A DNA stretch of 64,000 bases from an uncultured Lachnospiraceae bacterium (GCA_944375815.1 CALWBA010000107.1:1083-65082), one strand, 5' to 3'. Counted from the stretch's first letter, positions 8,579 to 17,498 are shown. A program made the numbers and translations. The notes: generated by a model not told the origin, from the letters alone.

Positions 8579-8616
8579 CTGCCGCACCGACTGAATTATC
8601 GGTGCGGCAGTTTTCT
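8579..8616. terminator. Bidirectional intrinsic terminator between the RT and ohyA
   Basis: CTGCCGCACCGA-N8-TCGGTGCGGCAG (12-bp perfect stem) flanked by AAAAA and TTTT. Confidence 0.8.
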
Positions 8617-8628
8617 GCCTTTTATGTT

Positions 8629-10599
8629 TTACAGCATTCCTTCTTTGATTACATTATGATCCCGAAGTACTTTTTCTATTACTGTCCCTTTCAGCATCTT
8701 AAACAGCGGCTTTTTGAGGACATTTAACGGTCCGGGGAGTTCGATTTCCAGGGGAGATCGGCCGTCCATCAGGCGTACAGAACTTTCCAGAAGTTCTCGT
8801 ATATCGTATACACTGCCCCAGACTTCCGGGACACCGCGGTCTACTCCCAGCAGACCATAGACTGCTTCCATTGCGGTACGAACGGAGTATTCTGTCGTAA
8901 ATACGGTATCTCTTGGAGTTTCGGCAAATTGTCCGAGGAAGGCAAAGTTCACACATCCATCCGGTATTACGTCCGGACGGTCGCCTTTTGTTCTGGGCAT
9001 GAAGAAGGCTGTGATATACGGCATCATGGTAGGTACACAGACTGCACTGTTCTTAGCAAGTTCCGGAATCTGCTCCACCGGAACACCGATATGATACAGC
9101 CACTCTTCTGTAATCTCCATCCCGGTGCACTCTTTCATCGGTTTCTTCACAAAGTCTCCCGGAACATCTGTAAACAGCCCGTATACCCAGACGCATACCT
9201 TCTCCGGCTCCTGCTCCTTAAATTGTCCCTGGCGGTTGATTGTCCAGCTCATCAGCCAGCTCGAATCGCAGCAGCTTACAATTCCTCCGGTCACAACTTT
9301 GCCGCTTCTGGGATCTCTTTTACAGATATTTGTGATATATGGAAGGATCTTATCATCCAGTGTTGTCACGGTTGCCGACTCCCAGTTTGTCTTCGCGATG
9401 TCTGAGCAGAACTTTTCGGGATGTCCGAATGCCGGATCCTGCTTGGCAATATTTTTCCACAGATTCCAGCAGCCGCTTGTGCTCACCTTGGCGTCTCCAT
9501 TCGGCGCATGATTGTGATCGCCGTAAATGGTTCCCTCTGTGCAGCTTCCGTTGGTCACAAATACAAGGTCGTTTTCTGTCAGAAGGATTCCTTTCTCAAT
9601 GCCCTTCACTCTGCACTCAATCGCAGAGGCAATTTTACTGCCGTTTTTGAACTCAAATACTACATTTGTCACTTCGGTATTAAACTGGAAATCCACACCT
9701 GCATTCTCCAGATACTTCTGCATCGGTAAAATCAGTGATTCATACTGATTATATCTTGTGAATTTGAGTGCGCTGAAATCCGGCAGCCCTGCAATATGGT
9801 GGATAAATCTCTGAAAATACAGTTTCATCTCCAGTGCGCTGTGCCAGTTCTCAAATGCGAACATGGTTCTCCAATACAGCCAGAATGTGGACTTGAATAC
9901 CTCGTCGTCAAACACATCCTCTATTGTCTTATCATAAAGGTCCTCATCTTTTGTCATAAACAGCTTCATAATTTCCATGCAGCCTTTCTGACTCAATCCA
10001 AATTTTCCGTCTGTATGTGCGTCCTCGCCGCGGTTTACAGTCGCGCGGCAGAGTGAGTAATTCGGATCATGCTTATTCAGCCAGTAAAACTCATCCAGCA
10101 CAGACGCACCCGGTTTCTCCAGAGACGGAATGCTTCGGAACAGATCCCATAAACACTCAAAATGATCCTCCATCTCTCTGCCGCCGCGCATAATATAACC
10201 GCGGTTCGGGTCAAAAATTCCATCGCAGGCTCCTCCTGCTACATCCATCGCCTCCAGAATATGAATGTGATTGCCCGGCATCTGTCCGTCTCTTACCAGA
10301 AAGCACGCTGCTGCAAGCGCCGCAAGTCCGCTGCCTACTATATAAGCGTTCTTATCTTCCACACCCTCCGGTTTCTCCGGCCTTGCAAACGCCTCATAAT
10401 TACCCTTGGTATAATAGATGCCCTTACTATTTTTCTCGTGCATCCCCAGTTCCGTATTACGGTAGCTGCTGGTATCCTGCTCCATTTTTTTCGTCGCCTC
10501 ACGGCTGCTGTCTTTTGATTTCTTTGCAAGCACCGCTGCTGCTCCGGCTCCTGCGAGCACTGCGGATGCCACAGTAAATTTCACACTTTTCTTAGCCAT
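8629..10599 (-). CDS. ohyA: Oleate hydratase (FAD-dependent fatty-acid double-bond hydratase, MCRA family) with an N-terminal hydrophobic extension
   Basis: NYEAFARPEKPEGV, the FAD fold IVGSGLAALAAACFLVRDG, and MCRA-like sequence over the full length. Start placed at MAKKSV after AGAGGG. Confidence 0.85.
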   Translation of the reverse strand: MAKKSVKFTVASAVLAGAGAAAVLAKKSKDSSREATKKMEQDTSSYRNTELGMHEKNSKGIYYTKGNYEAFARPEKPEGVEDKNAYIVGSGLAALAAACFLVRDGQMPGNHIHILEAMDVAGGACDGIFDPNRGYIMRGGREMEDHFECLWDLFRSIPSLEKPGASVLDEFYWLNKHDPNYSLCRATVNRGEDAHTDGKFGLSQKGCMEIMKLFMTKDEDLYDKTIEDVFDDEVFKSTFWLYWRTMFAFENWHSALEMKLYFQRFIHHIAGLPDFSALKFTRYNQYESLILPMQKYLENAGVDFQFNTEVTNVVFEFKNGSKIASAIECRVKGIEKGILLTENDLVFVTNGSCTEGTIYGDHNHAPNGDAKVSTSGCWNLWKNIAKQDPAFGHPEKFCSDIAKTNWESATVTTLDDKILPYITNICKRDPRSGKVVTGGIVSCCDSSWLMSWTINRQGQFKEQEPEKVCVWVYGLFTDVPGDFVKKPMKECTGMEITEEWLYHIGVPVEQIPELAKNSAVCVPTMMPYITAFFMPRTKGDRPDVIPDGCVNFAFLGQFAETPRDTVFTTEYSVRTAMEAVYGLLGVDRGVPEVWGSVYDIRELLESSVRLMDGRSPLEIELPGPLNVLKKPLFKMLKGTVIEKVLRDHNVIKEGML

Positions 10600-10662
10600 A
10601 AATACTACCCTCTTTCTGTATTTCATGGCCCTATCCTACCGCACTTTCCTCCCTGCGCCAAT

Positions 10663-10713
10663 TTACAAATGCGGGTAAATGATAAGTTTTTTATCATTTA
10701 CCCGCATCTGTAA
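10663..10713. repeat. Long inverted repeat (23-nt arms, one mismatch, 5-nt spacer) between the tetR stop and the ohyA start
   Basis: TTACAAATGCGGGTAAATGATAA-gtttt-TTATCATTTACCCGCATCTGTAA. No strong U-tract on either strand. Confidence 0.7.
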
Positions 10714-10714
10714 A

Positions 10715-11281
10715 TCATACCCTGATACCCCTGGTAAAGTTTTGAATAGAATTGGTAATATTTCCGTGCAGCGTCAGATTCATTTTCTGCGCAATCTCCA
10801 TGTAATCATCCTTCATTCCGCGCCGGATCCAGTCAAGCATAATTCCCACAAAGCTATATTTATAGAAGTCAGCAATAAAAGTCTTATCCTCCTCTCCGAT
10901 CCCGGTGCCTTCTGCCTTTTCCTCCACCACTCCGCGGATTAAATCATACGTAATCTGAAACAAAAACCGCTCAATCTGATCCCTGCTGATACAACGATAA
11001 GCGTTCAGAATAAACGGTTTGTTTTCAAGCACCGCCTCAAAAATCTGCACCAGCCCATCCAACCACGTGTCATATGTCTTTTTCCCCTGGAGTGCCCGCC
11101 TTGCATCTTCCACGCATGCCCACTCCACCAGATCATAAATGTCCTTAAAGTGATAATAAAATGCCATACGGCTGATCCCGCAGTCTGAGGTGAGATCATG
11201 TATTGTAATCTTATCCAGAGGTTTTTTCAGCATCATATTTTTTAAAGACGCTTCCAGTGCCTGCTTGGTTGTATTCGACAT
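10715..11281 (-). CDS. TetR/AcrR-family transcriptional regulator
   Basis: N-terminal TetR HTH (ITIHDLTSDCGISRMAFYYHFKDIYDLV). Start at MSNTTKQ. Co-directional with and upstream of ohyA. Confidence 0.8.
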   Translation of the reverse strand: MSNTTKQALEASLKNMMLKKPLDKITIHDLTSDCGISRMAFYYHFKDIYDLVEWACVEDARRALQGKKTYDTWLDGLVQIFEAVLENKPFILNAYRCISRDQIERFLFQITYDLIRGVVEEKAEGTGIGEEDKTFIADFYKYSFVGIMLDWIRRGMKDDYMEIAQKMNLTLHGNITNSIQNFTRGIRV

Positions 11282-11422
11282 AGAAAATCCCCCTGTCCTG
11301 TAATAGTTATTTCTTTCATAATACTCCGGATCGTTATATAATACAATCAAAATGTGAATGTATCGTAAACAGTAGGTTAACCGTTACAGACTAAGACTAT
11401 ATGTTATAAAGGAGACACCGCT

Positions 11423-11839
11423 ATGAAAAAGTTAAAGGAAGAAGCCGAAAAGATCATGCAGGAACGTTTTGGAAAAGACACTATTATCGCATTGGCAACA
11501 GTAGATGATGGAATACCCTATGTGCGATATGTAAATGCTTACTATGAAAATGGTGCATTCTATATTATTACATATGCGCTTTCAAATAAGATGAAGCATA
11601 TTGAGAATCATTCTCCGATTGCAATAGCCGGCGAATGGTTTACCGCACATGGAAAGGGGATTAATTTAGGCTATTTCGGCAAAAAAGAAAATCACAGGAT
11701 TGCGGAAAGATTAAAAGTTGTGTTTTCTGAATGGATTAACAATGGACACACTAATTTTGACGATGAAAATACTATAATTTTATGTATTGAATTAACAGAC
11801 GGGCTGTTACTTTCCCATGGAACAAGATACGAGTTTTAG
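11423..11839 (+). CDS. Pyridoxamine 5'-phosphate oxidase-like FMN-binding split-barrel protein
   Basis: 138 aa with a general-stress-protein-26-like pattern (IIALATVDDGIPYVRYVNAYYENGAFYIIT). AAGGAGA SD. Confidence 0.6.
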   Translation: MKKLKEEAEKIMQERFGKDTIIALATVDDGIPYVRYVNAYYENGAFYIITYALSNKMKHIENHSPIAIAGEWFTAHGKGINLGYFGKKENHRIAERLKVVFSEWINNGHTNFDDENTIILCIELTDGLLLSHGTRYEF

Positions 11840-11860
11840 ATTTTTATTTGACAATATCGG

Positions 11861-11895
11861 GCAGGAAATCAGAAATGGTTTCCTGCTTATTCTTT
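11861..11895 (+). terminator. Intrinsic terminator after the PNPOx-like gene
   Basis: GCAGGAAA-N10-TTTCCTGC followed by TTATTCTTT. Confidence 0.55.
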
Positions 11896-11941
11896 CCCTG
11901 TACACCGTATAATTCTGATTTCACATTTTTTTCACAAAAAA

Positions 11942-11984
11942 TTAGCACTCAACCCTTGACTTGGCTAATAATTAGTGTTATAGT
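11942..11984 (+). promoter_or_regulatory. hsp20-1 promoter with an upstream CIRCE-like half site
   Basis: TTAGCACTC (11942-11950), TTGACT (11956-11961), 17-nt spacer, TATAGT (11979-11984). The CIRCE left half is perfect. The right half at N9 is degenerate (cttgGCTAA). Confidence 0.6.
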
Positions 11985-12111
11985 ACAACTAGAACAAAGG
12001 AAGGGGAACAAAAAGATCCCCGACCGGATGGTTCTGTCAACAACACCTCGGAGTTCTCCGACAGTGCTAACTATAAATTCTTTATTTGTCATTTGAAAGG
12101 AGACATGACTT

Positions 12112-12564
12112 ATGATGATGCCTAGTATTTTTTTTGTTTTCTTATTCGATGATTTTATGGATTTCCCGTTTGAAAGAGAATTTTGGGGAAGAAGAAATCC
12201 TCTGTACGGAAAGAATGAGAAAAACCTTATGAAGACAGATGTACGCGAGAAATATTCCTGTTACGAGCTGGATATTGATCTTCCGGGCTTTAAGAAAGAC
12301 GAAGTTACCGCTAAGCTGGAGAACGGCTACCTGACCATCAGCGCTGCTAAGGGACTTGATAAGGATGAGAAGGAGAAAGATACCGGCAAGTACATCCGCC
12401 GCGAGCGGTATGCCGGAGCTGTAAGCAGAAGCTTCTACGTTGGAGAGCACATCCAGCAGGAAGACATTCATGCGAAATTTGAAGATGGTATCCTGAAACT
12501 GACCGTTCCGAAAAAGGACGCAAAGCAGGTAGATGAAAAGAAATATATCTCCATTGAAGGATAA
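12112..12564 (+). CDS. Small heat-shock protein, Hsp20/alpha-crystallin family (copy 1)
   Basis: 150 aa with an alpha-crystallin domain (DVREKYSCYELDIDLPGFKKDEV...FEDGILKLTVPK) and C-terminal IxI (ISIEG). AAAGGAGA SD. Confidence 0.9.
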   Translation: MMMPSIFFVFLFDDFMDFPFEREFWGRRNPLYGKNEKNLMKTDVREKYSCYELDIDLPGFKKDEVTAKLENGYLTISAAKGLDKDEKEKDTGKYIRRERYAGAVSRSFYVGEHIQQEDIHAKFEDGILKLTVPKKDAKQVDEKKYISIEG

Positions 12565-12577
12565 TCTCACACTTTAA

Positions 12578-12606
12578 GGGACTGCCGGACGGCAGCCCCT
12601 TTTTAT
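12578..12606. terminator. Terminator shared by hsp20-1 (+) and folBK (-)
   Basis: GGGACTGCCG-ga-CGGCAGCCCC followed by TTTTT. Confidence 0.7.
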
Positions 12607-13434
12607 TTAGTTTAGTTCATCCAACATCTGAGAAACTGTTTTTTTATAGATCGGATGCCTGATATTCGGCGCGATCTGGCTCAACGGTTTTAATACAAAT
12701 TCTCTTTTGTGCATTTCTATATGCGGAATGATCAGGTCATCATTTTCCATAATGATATCGTCATATAATAAGATATCCAGGTCCAGGGTTCTTGGCCCCC
12801 ATCGGATAATCCTTTCCCTATGCGCCTCTTTCTCGATCTCATGCAGTTTATCCAAAAGTTCTTCCGGGGAAAGCTGCGTCTTCAGGATAAGGCAGGCATT
12901 CAGAAAATCATCCTGCTCTACTCCTCCATACGGTTCCGTCACGAGATAGTCAGAAACTTTTTCTACCATGCAGCCTTTATCCTGATTAAGACGCTCAACC
13001 GCAAAATCCAGATATGCTTTCTTGTCTCCCATATTTGATCCCATACTCAGGTATGCTTTATGCCAGAATCTCCTGATCTTCACAGATGCATATTCTACCG
13101 GCAGGCCGATCGGTGCCCACGGCTTTTTCAGCTCGAGCTCTATACCTTCCAGGAGAGGGAATTGCAGAAGCAAGCCTTCGACTAAATTTTCCGCAGCCGC
13201 CTCGATAAGCTGATACGTATTGTTATGCATAAATTCTGTAATAAAATGGCTGACAGCGCCGTAGTCAACAGACTTTGTAAGATCATCGCAGCAGCCTGCT
13301 CTTCGAGTGTTCATGTACATGACAAGAGATACTATAAACTTCTGCCCCAGTTTTGTCTCTTCCGGGAACACGCCATGTCTCGCGAAAAACTCCAGATTTT
13401 CGATATGTATTTCATCGTATTTCATCATTTTCAT
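12607..13434 (-). CDS. folK: Bifunctional dihydroneopterin aldolase / 6-hydroxymethyl-dihydropterin pyrophosphokinase (FolB-FolK fusion)
   Basis: N-terminal FolB (IHIENLEFFARHGVFPEETKLGQKF). C-terminal HPPK (AYLSMGSNMGD...WGPRTLDLDILLYDD). Confidence 0.85.
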   Translation of the reverse strand: MKMMKYDEIHIENLEFFARHGVFPEETKLGQKFIVSLVMYMNTRRAGCCDDLTKSVDYGAVSHFITEFMHNNTYQLIEAAAENLVEGLLLQFPLLEGIELELKKPWAPIGLPVEYASVKIRRFWHKAYLSMGSNMGDKKAYLDFAVERLNQDKGCMVEKVSDYLVTEPYGGVEQDDFLNACLILKTQLSPEELLDKLHEIEKEAHRERIIRWGPRTLDLDILLYDDIIMENDDLIIPHIEMHKREFVLKPLSQIAPNIRHPIYKKTVSQMLDELN

Positions 13435-14240
13435 TACCCTTTCAAAATCGCCTGTGTCATCTTAATAGCCCTCATGTTTTCCTTTACATCATGGACTCTG
13501 ACAAAAGCCGCACCTTTCTCCACTCCCATAACTGTCGTGGTGACTGTTCCCTCAATTCTCTGATCTGACGGAAGATCCAGGGTTATTCCAATGACAGATT
13601 TTCTGGAGGTCGCAAGGAGTACCGGATACCCCAGCTCTTTTAAACACTCCAGATAATGAATAATCCTGAGGTTCTGCTCATAAGTCTTTCCAAATCCCAC
13701 TCCCGGGTCCAGGATAATATTTCCATCGGGTATACCTGCCGCATGTGCGATTTCCACAGACTCTCTGAGATCTTCACATACGTCTCTCAAAAAGTCTTGA
13801 TATTCTGTATTATCCCTGTTATGCATCAGGCAGCACGGTACCTGATATTCAGCTATCAGATCCGCAACTCTTCTGTCATATTTTAATCCCCAGATATCGT
13901 TGACCATATCTGCTCCTGCCTTTAAGGCAGCCTCTACTACGGCGCTTTTATAACTGTCAATAGATACCGGAATATCAAAATTTTCCTTTATCATCCGTAT
14001 GATCGGAACAACTCTGCTGATCTCTTCTTCTATTGATATCTGTGTATGACCGGGACGGGTAGATTCTCCTCCCACATCAATGATCGCAGCTCCCTGTGCA
14101 ATCATATCGGCCACATGCTTCTTTGCCCTGTCATAATCATTCCACTGGCCTCCATCCGAAAAAGAATCCGGTGTTACGTTCAGAATGCCCATAATATAAC
14201 ATTCATTTTCAATATCAAAATTTTGATTACCTATCTTCAT
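13434..14240 (-). CDS. folP: Dihydropteroate synthase
   Basis: GILNVTPDSFSDGG and IIDVGGESTRPG motifs. Confidence 0.9.
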   Translation of the reverse strand: MKIGNQNFDIENECYIMGILNVTPDSFSDGGQWNDYDRAKKHVADMIAQGAAIIDVGGESTRPGHTQISIEEEISRVVPIIRMIKENFDIPVSIDSYKSAVVEAALKAGADMVNDIWGLKYDRRVADLIAEYQVPCCLMHNRDNTEYQDFLRDVCEDLRESVEIAHAAGIPDGNIILDPGVGFGKTYEQNLRIIHYLECLKELGYPVLLATSRKSVIGITLDLPSDQRIEGTVTTTVMGVEKGAAFVRVHDVKENMRAIKMTQAILKG

Positions 14241-14258
14241 GCTGCTCGCTCCTACAAT

Positions 14259-14741
14259 TTATACATATAGTTGATGATTTTTCTTCTCTTCACTCCAGTT
14301 ACATTCGGCTGACGCTTTGCAGAATCCGCACATCCTGGATCGCTTATCTGCCCGGTAGAGCACACCAGCCAATTCCCTGTGATCTCTGCTCTGAATATCC
14401 CTGTGGCATGAAATTGCATCCAGAATCTTCTGCTGTTCTTCGTCATCAAAGCCGCAATCCCCGAGAATTTCTGCCGCCAGATCTGCTCCTGCTTTTTCAT
14501 GCGGGATTCCTTTTGTGTACTGCAGACCTCTTCCGATATCATGCAGCAGAGCAGCTGCATAAATAAGCTCTTTTTTTATTCCCATTTGATTTTCCAGATT
14601 CTCTATGTAGGCAATTCTGGCCACATCCAGCAGATGTTCCACCCCATGTTTACAGAAAATACGCTTCTGCTCCAGTTCTTCCAACTGATCCATATGCCGT
14701 TTCCAGACAGGGTGTTCGCAGATCTTATTTACCCGTTCCAT
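14259..14741 (-). CDS. HD-domain metal-dependent phosphohydrolase embedded in the folate operon
   Basis: H...HD...H pattern (KHGVEHLLDV, LLHDIGR, CHRD) and a Cys-rich tail (MCGFCKASAEC). Start at MERVNK, 1 nt after the folE stop. Confidence 0.7.
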   Translation of the reverse strand: MERVNKICEHPVWKRHMDQLEELEQKRIFCKHGVEHLLDVARIAYIENLENQMGIKKELIYAAALLHDIGRGLQYTKGIPHEKAGADLAAEILGDCGFDDEEQQKILDAISCHRDIQSRDHRELAGVLYRADKRSRMCGFCKASAECNWSEEKKNHQLYV

Positions 14742-14742
14742 C

Positions 14743-15300
14743 TTATCTCCTCTCAAGCATACGATAAAATTGGTTCTGGAGTTTCTCATTCTCGTCAAAA
14801 ACGCCTCTCGTAACAACCGTAACCGTCTTGGTTCCGGGTTTCTTTATTCCGCGCATCGTCATGCACATATGCTCAGCTTCGATCAGCACCATAACTCCGT
14901 GAGGCTTCAATTCTTCCATAAATACATCTGCAATCTGCGCTGTCAGCCGCTCCTGAAGCTGAAAGCGTTTTGCAAACACCTCCACTGTACGTGCAATCTT
15001 GCTGAGTCCTACAACCTCACCGTCAGGGATATAAGCAATCGCAGCCTTTCCATAAAAAGGCAGCATGTGGTGCTCGCAAAACGAATAAAATGGAATATCT
15101 TTTTCCATAACCAGATCATTATTGTCCACATGGAATCGTTTGCTCAAATGTTTGGCCGCGCAGTCTGTATACCCTGCGGCCAGTTCTTCATACATTCTTG
15201 CAATTCTGTCTGGTGTTTCCAAAAGTCCTTCTCTATGTATATCTTCTCCGATTCCTTCTAAAATCAGCCTTACGCCTTCCTGTATCTTTTTCTTATCCAT
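14743..15300 (-). CDS. folE: GTP cyclohydrolase I
   Basis: [12 protein letters not shown] and HMCMTMRG motifs. 185 aa. Confidence 0.9.
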   Translation of the reverse strand: MDKKKIQEGVRLILEGIGEDIHREGLLETPDRIARMYEELAAGYTDCAAKHLSKRFHVDNNDLVMEKDIPFYSFCEHHMLPFYGKAAIAYIPDGEVVGLSKIARTVEVFAKRFQLQERLTAQIADVFMEELKPHGVMVLIEAEHMCMTMRGIKKPGTKTVTVVTRGVFDENEKLQNQFYRMLERR

Positions 15301-16594
15301 GGATCTTTCCTCTCTCTCTTATTATTGCTTTTTCCGCCAATCCCAAAAAAGAAAGAGAACCGAAGATTACCAGGACATCATTCTTTTCCATGAGATTCAG
15401 ACTTTTTTGAACTGCCGATTCAATACTTTCTGCCGATTCTGCGGATGGGTTGACCGCTGCAACTTCCTGCTTTAATATTTCTGCAGGCAATGCCCGCGGA
15501 TTGCCGGGCGTCTCTACCGTAATGATATGCTCTGCCAGCGGAGCAGTGATCTCAATAATTTTGCGATAGTCCTTATCTTTGAACACGCCAAACACATAAT
15601 AAATCTTTTTCCCGCCAAAATAAAACTCCAGAGATTCCTTCAGCGCTTCCGCCGCGTGCGGATTATGCGCTCCGTCCAGGATGATGACCGGATCCCGCGA
15701 GATCACGCTGAATCTGCCCTTCCACTGTGCGTTTTTCAATCCTTTTCGAATCTGCTCTTCTGTAAGAGTAAATCCTTCCTCTCTCAGCTGTTCTGCGGCC
15801 TCTAATGCCAGCGCCGCATTTTCAAGCTGAAATTTTCCTGCCAGAGATATCTGAATATCCTTCCAGTCTTTATAAGAAAAGCTCTGGGTGTCCCATCCAT
15901 AATGTTTTCTTTCAATACAGGAAACATCGACTGTATGCAGAATCGTATTCTTTTCTGTGCATACCTTTTCCAGCACAGACTGAGCTTCCGGTTTCTGTGC
16001 AGCAGTCACTGCTCTGGTATGTTCTTTAATAATCCCGGCTTTCTGCAGTGCAATTTCACCCAATGTGTTTCCCAGCACATCCATATGATCCATTCCTATG
16101 GGCGTAATGATTTCCAGCAGCGTTGTCTGAACCACATTCGTAGCATCTAAGGCTCCGCCTAGTCCGGTCTCAAGAACTACGATATCACACTTTTCTTCCT
16201 TGAAATGCATCATTGCCATTGCAGTTTCAATCTCAAAAACGGTAGGAACTGCTTCGTGATTCCGCCTCATATCTTCTACAATACCGGCAATCACGGTAAC
16301 ATAGCGTGCAAGAGAATCTTTATCAATCATTTCTCCATCGATCTGAATTCTCTCACGGTAAGAAAAAAGCGCGGGAGAACTGTATCTTCCCGTCTTATAT
16401 CCTGCTTCCTGCAGGATTGAGGAAAGATATGCCAGCACTGACCCTTTCCCATTTGTTCCGGAAATGTGAATAAATTTCAATTCGTCCTGGGGATTATCCA
16501 GTCTGTCCAGCAGTGCTTTCATGTTCTCCAAGCCAAGTACACTTCCGTATTTGGATACCTGGTCCAAATATACTCTTGCTTCTTCGTAATTCAT
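15293..16594 (-). CDS. folC: Folylpolyglutamate synthase / dihydrofolate synthase
   Basis: Mur-ligase P-loop ISGTNGKGS. Start at [10 protein letters not shown] after GGAGAA. Overlaps folE by 8 nt. Confidence 0.85.
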   Translation of the reverse strand: MNYEEARVYLDQVSKYGSVLGLENMKALLDRLDNPQDELKFIHISGTNGKGSVLAYLSSILQEAGYKTGRYSSPALFSYRERIQIDGEMIDKDSLARYVTVIAGIVEDMRRNHEAVPTVFEIETAMAMMHFKEEKCDIVVLETGLGGALDATNVVQTTLLEIITPIGMDHMDVLGNTLGEIALQKAGIIKEHTRAVTAAQKPEAQSVLEKVCTEKNTILHTVDVSCIERKHYGWDTQSFSYKDWKDIQISLAGKFQLENAALALEAAEQLREEGFTLTEEQIRKGLKNAQWKGRFSVISRDPVIILDGAHNPHAAEALKESLEFYFGGKKIYYVFGVFKDKDYRKIIEITAPLAEHIITVETPGNPRALPAEILKQEVAAVNPSAESAESIESAVQKSLNLMEKNDVLVIFGSLSFLGLAEKAIIRERGKIHG

Positions 16595-16796
16595 TTTTGC
16601 ATATTCTCCTATCTGAGATGATATTGTCTGTCTCATTATAGGATTGTTTATCCGGAAACTCAACATATTTCAGCAAAAAATACCAAAAACCATTGGGGCA
16701 GACCGCGCTACCGTTTAGGCAGAACGTCTTGATTTTGCAAAAAAATTTTGTTACGCTTGGAACACGTGAAAAACAGAGGCAAAGGAGAGCGGGGCG

Positions 16797-17498
16797 ATGT
16801 TCAGGGTCGGAATACTATGCGGACAGGATGAAGAGAAAAATACAATTCGGCATGCAATAGAACTTCTGTCCGTCAGGGAGAACTTTGGCTGCCTGATTCA
16901 GGATCTCTCCCCTGCCTCGCCTGAGGCCTGCAGCGATCTGTCCTGCCTTTTGCTGGCATATGAAGACAGAGCTGCCGCTTTCGCGTATGCGGAAACGCTA
17001 TGGCAAAAAGAGCCCTCGCTTTCCATTGTATATATCGCGTATCGGTCCGAGGACATATTTGCAGCTCTGAGAATGCCGTTTTTCCACACAGTAAGATTTT
17101 ATAATCTGGAGCAGGATCTGACCGTCGTTTTTCAAAAGATGCAGCGCAGCAAATCTCCCGCATCAGACAGAGTCAGCTTTATCCACAATGGGAAAATGAT
17201 GCTGATTCCCAAAAGAGAAATCCTTTATCTGGAGAGCTGCCATCACGAGATAAAGCTTCATTTACAGACAGATATTTTCTCCGTTGCCGAAACTCTGACC
17301 CTGTACGAGAAAAGATTAAAGGGTTCCGGATTTATCAGAACAGACCGAAGCTTTCTGGTAAATATGTATCATATCCGCTGCCTGGAGCGGAGCAGCGTTC
17401 TGCTGGATAACGGGGAACACCTGTATATCAGCCGCCGAAGATATCCGGAGGTAAAGCTTTCATTTGAAAATTATATCCGCCATTTAGATTTTATATAG
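16797..17498 (+). CDS. LytTR-family DNA-binding regulator with a degenerate receiver-like N-terminus
   Basis: C-terminal LytTR domain (ILYLESCHHEIKLHL...FIRTDRSFLVNMYHI). The N-terminal ~120 aa lack clear receiver Asp/Lys signatures. Confidence 0.75.
   Translation: MFRVGILCGQDEEKNTIRHAIELLSVRENFGCLIQDLSPASPEACSDLSCLLLAYEDRAAAFAYAETLWQKEPSLSIVYIAYRSEDIFAALRMPFFHTVRFYNLEQDLTVVFQKMQRSKSPASDRVSFIHNGKMMLIPKREILYLESCHHEIKLHLQTDIFSVAETLTLYEKRLKGSGFIRTDRSFLVNMYHIRCLERSSVLLDNGEHLYISRRRYPEVKLSFENYIRHLDFI

Larger units (their letters stand above)
11925..12606 (+). repeat. hsp20 duplication unit, copy 1 (promoter, ~125-nt leader, CDS, terminator)
   Basis: Aligns base-for-base at a constant offset of 9,821 bp with 21746-22427. 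The promoter, leader and most codons are near-identical. Confidence 0.9.

Noticed and set aside
8629-10599. Oleate hydratase as the retron effector.
   Set aside because: It is on the opposite strand (convergent) and is separated by a bidirectional terminator. It is a well-characterised metabolic enzyme family with its own TetR regulator.
12030-12098. A 22-codon upstream ORF (MVLSTTPRSSPTVLTINSLFVI) in the hsp20-1 leader.
   Set aside because: Its ATG is ATC in the otherwise near-identical hsp20-2 leader, so a conserved regulatory uORF is unlikely.
16595-16796. A THF riboswitch upstream of the folC-led folate operon.
   Set aside because: The minus strand shows a TTGAGT-N17-TATAAT promoter only ~40 nt before the folC ATG. 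That leaves no room for a ~90-nt aptamer, and I saw no THF-like conserved segments.
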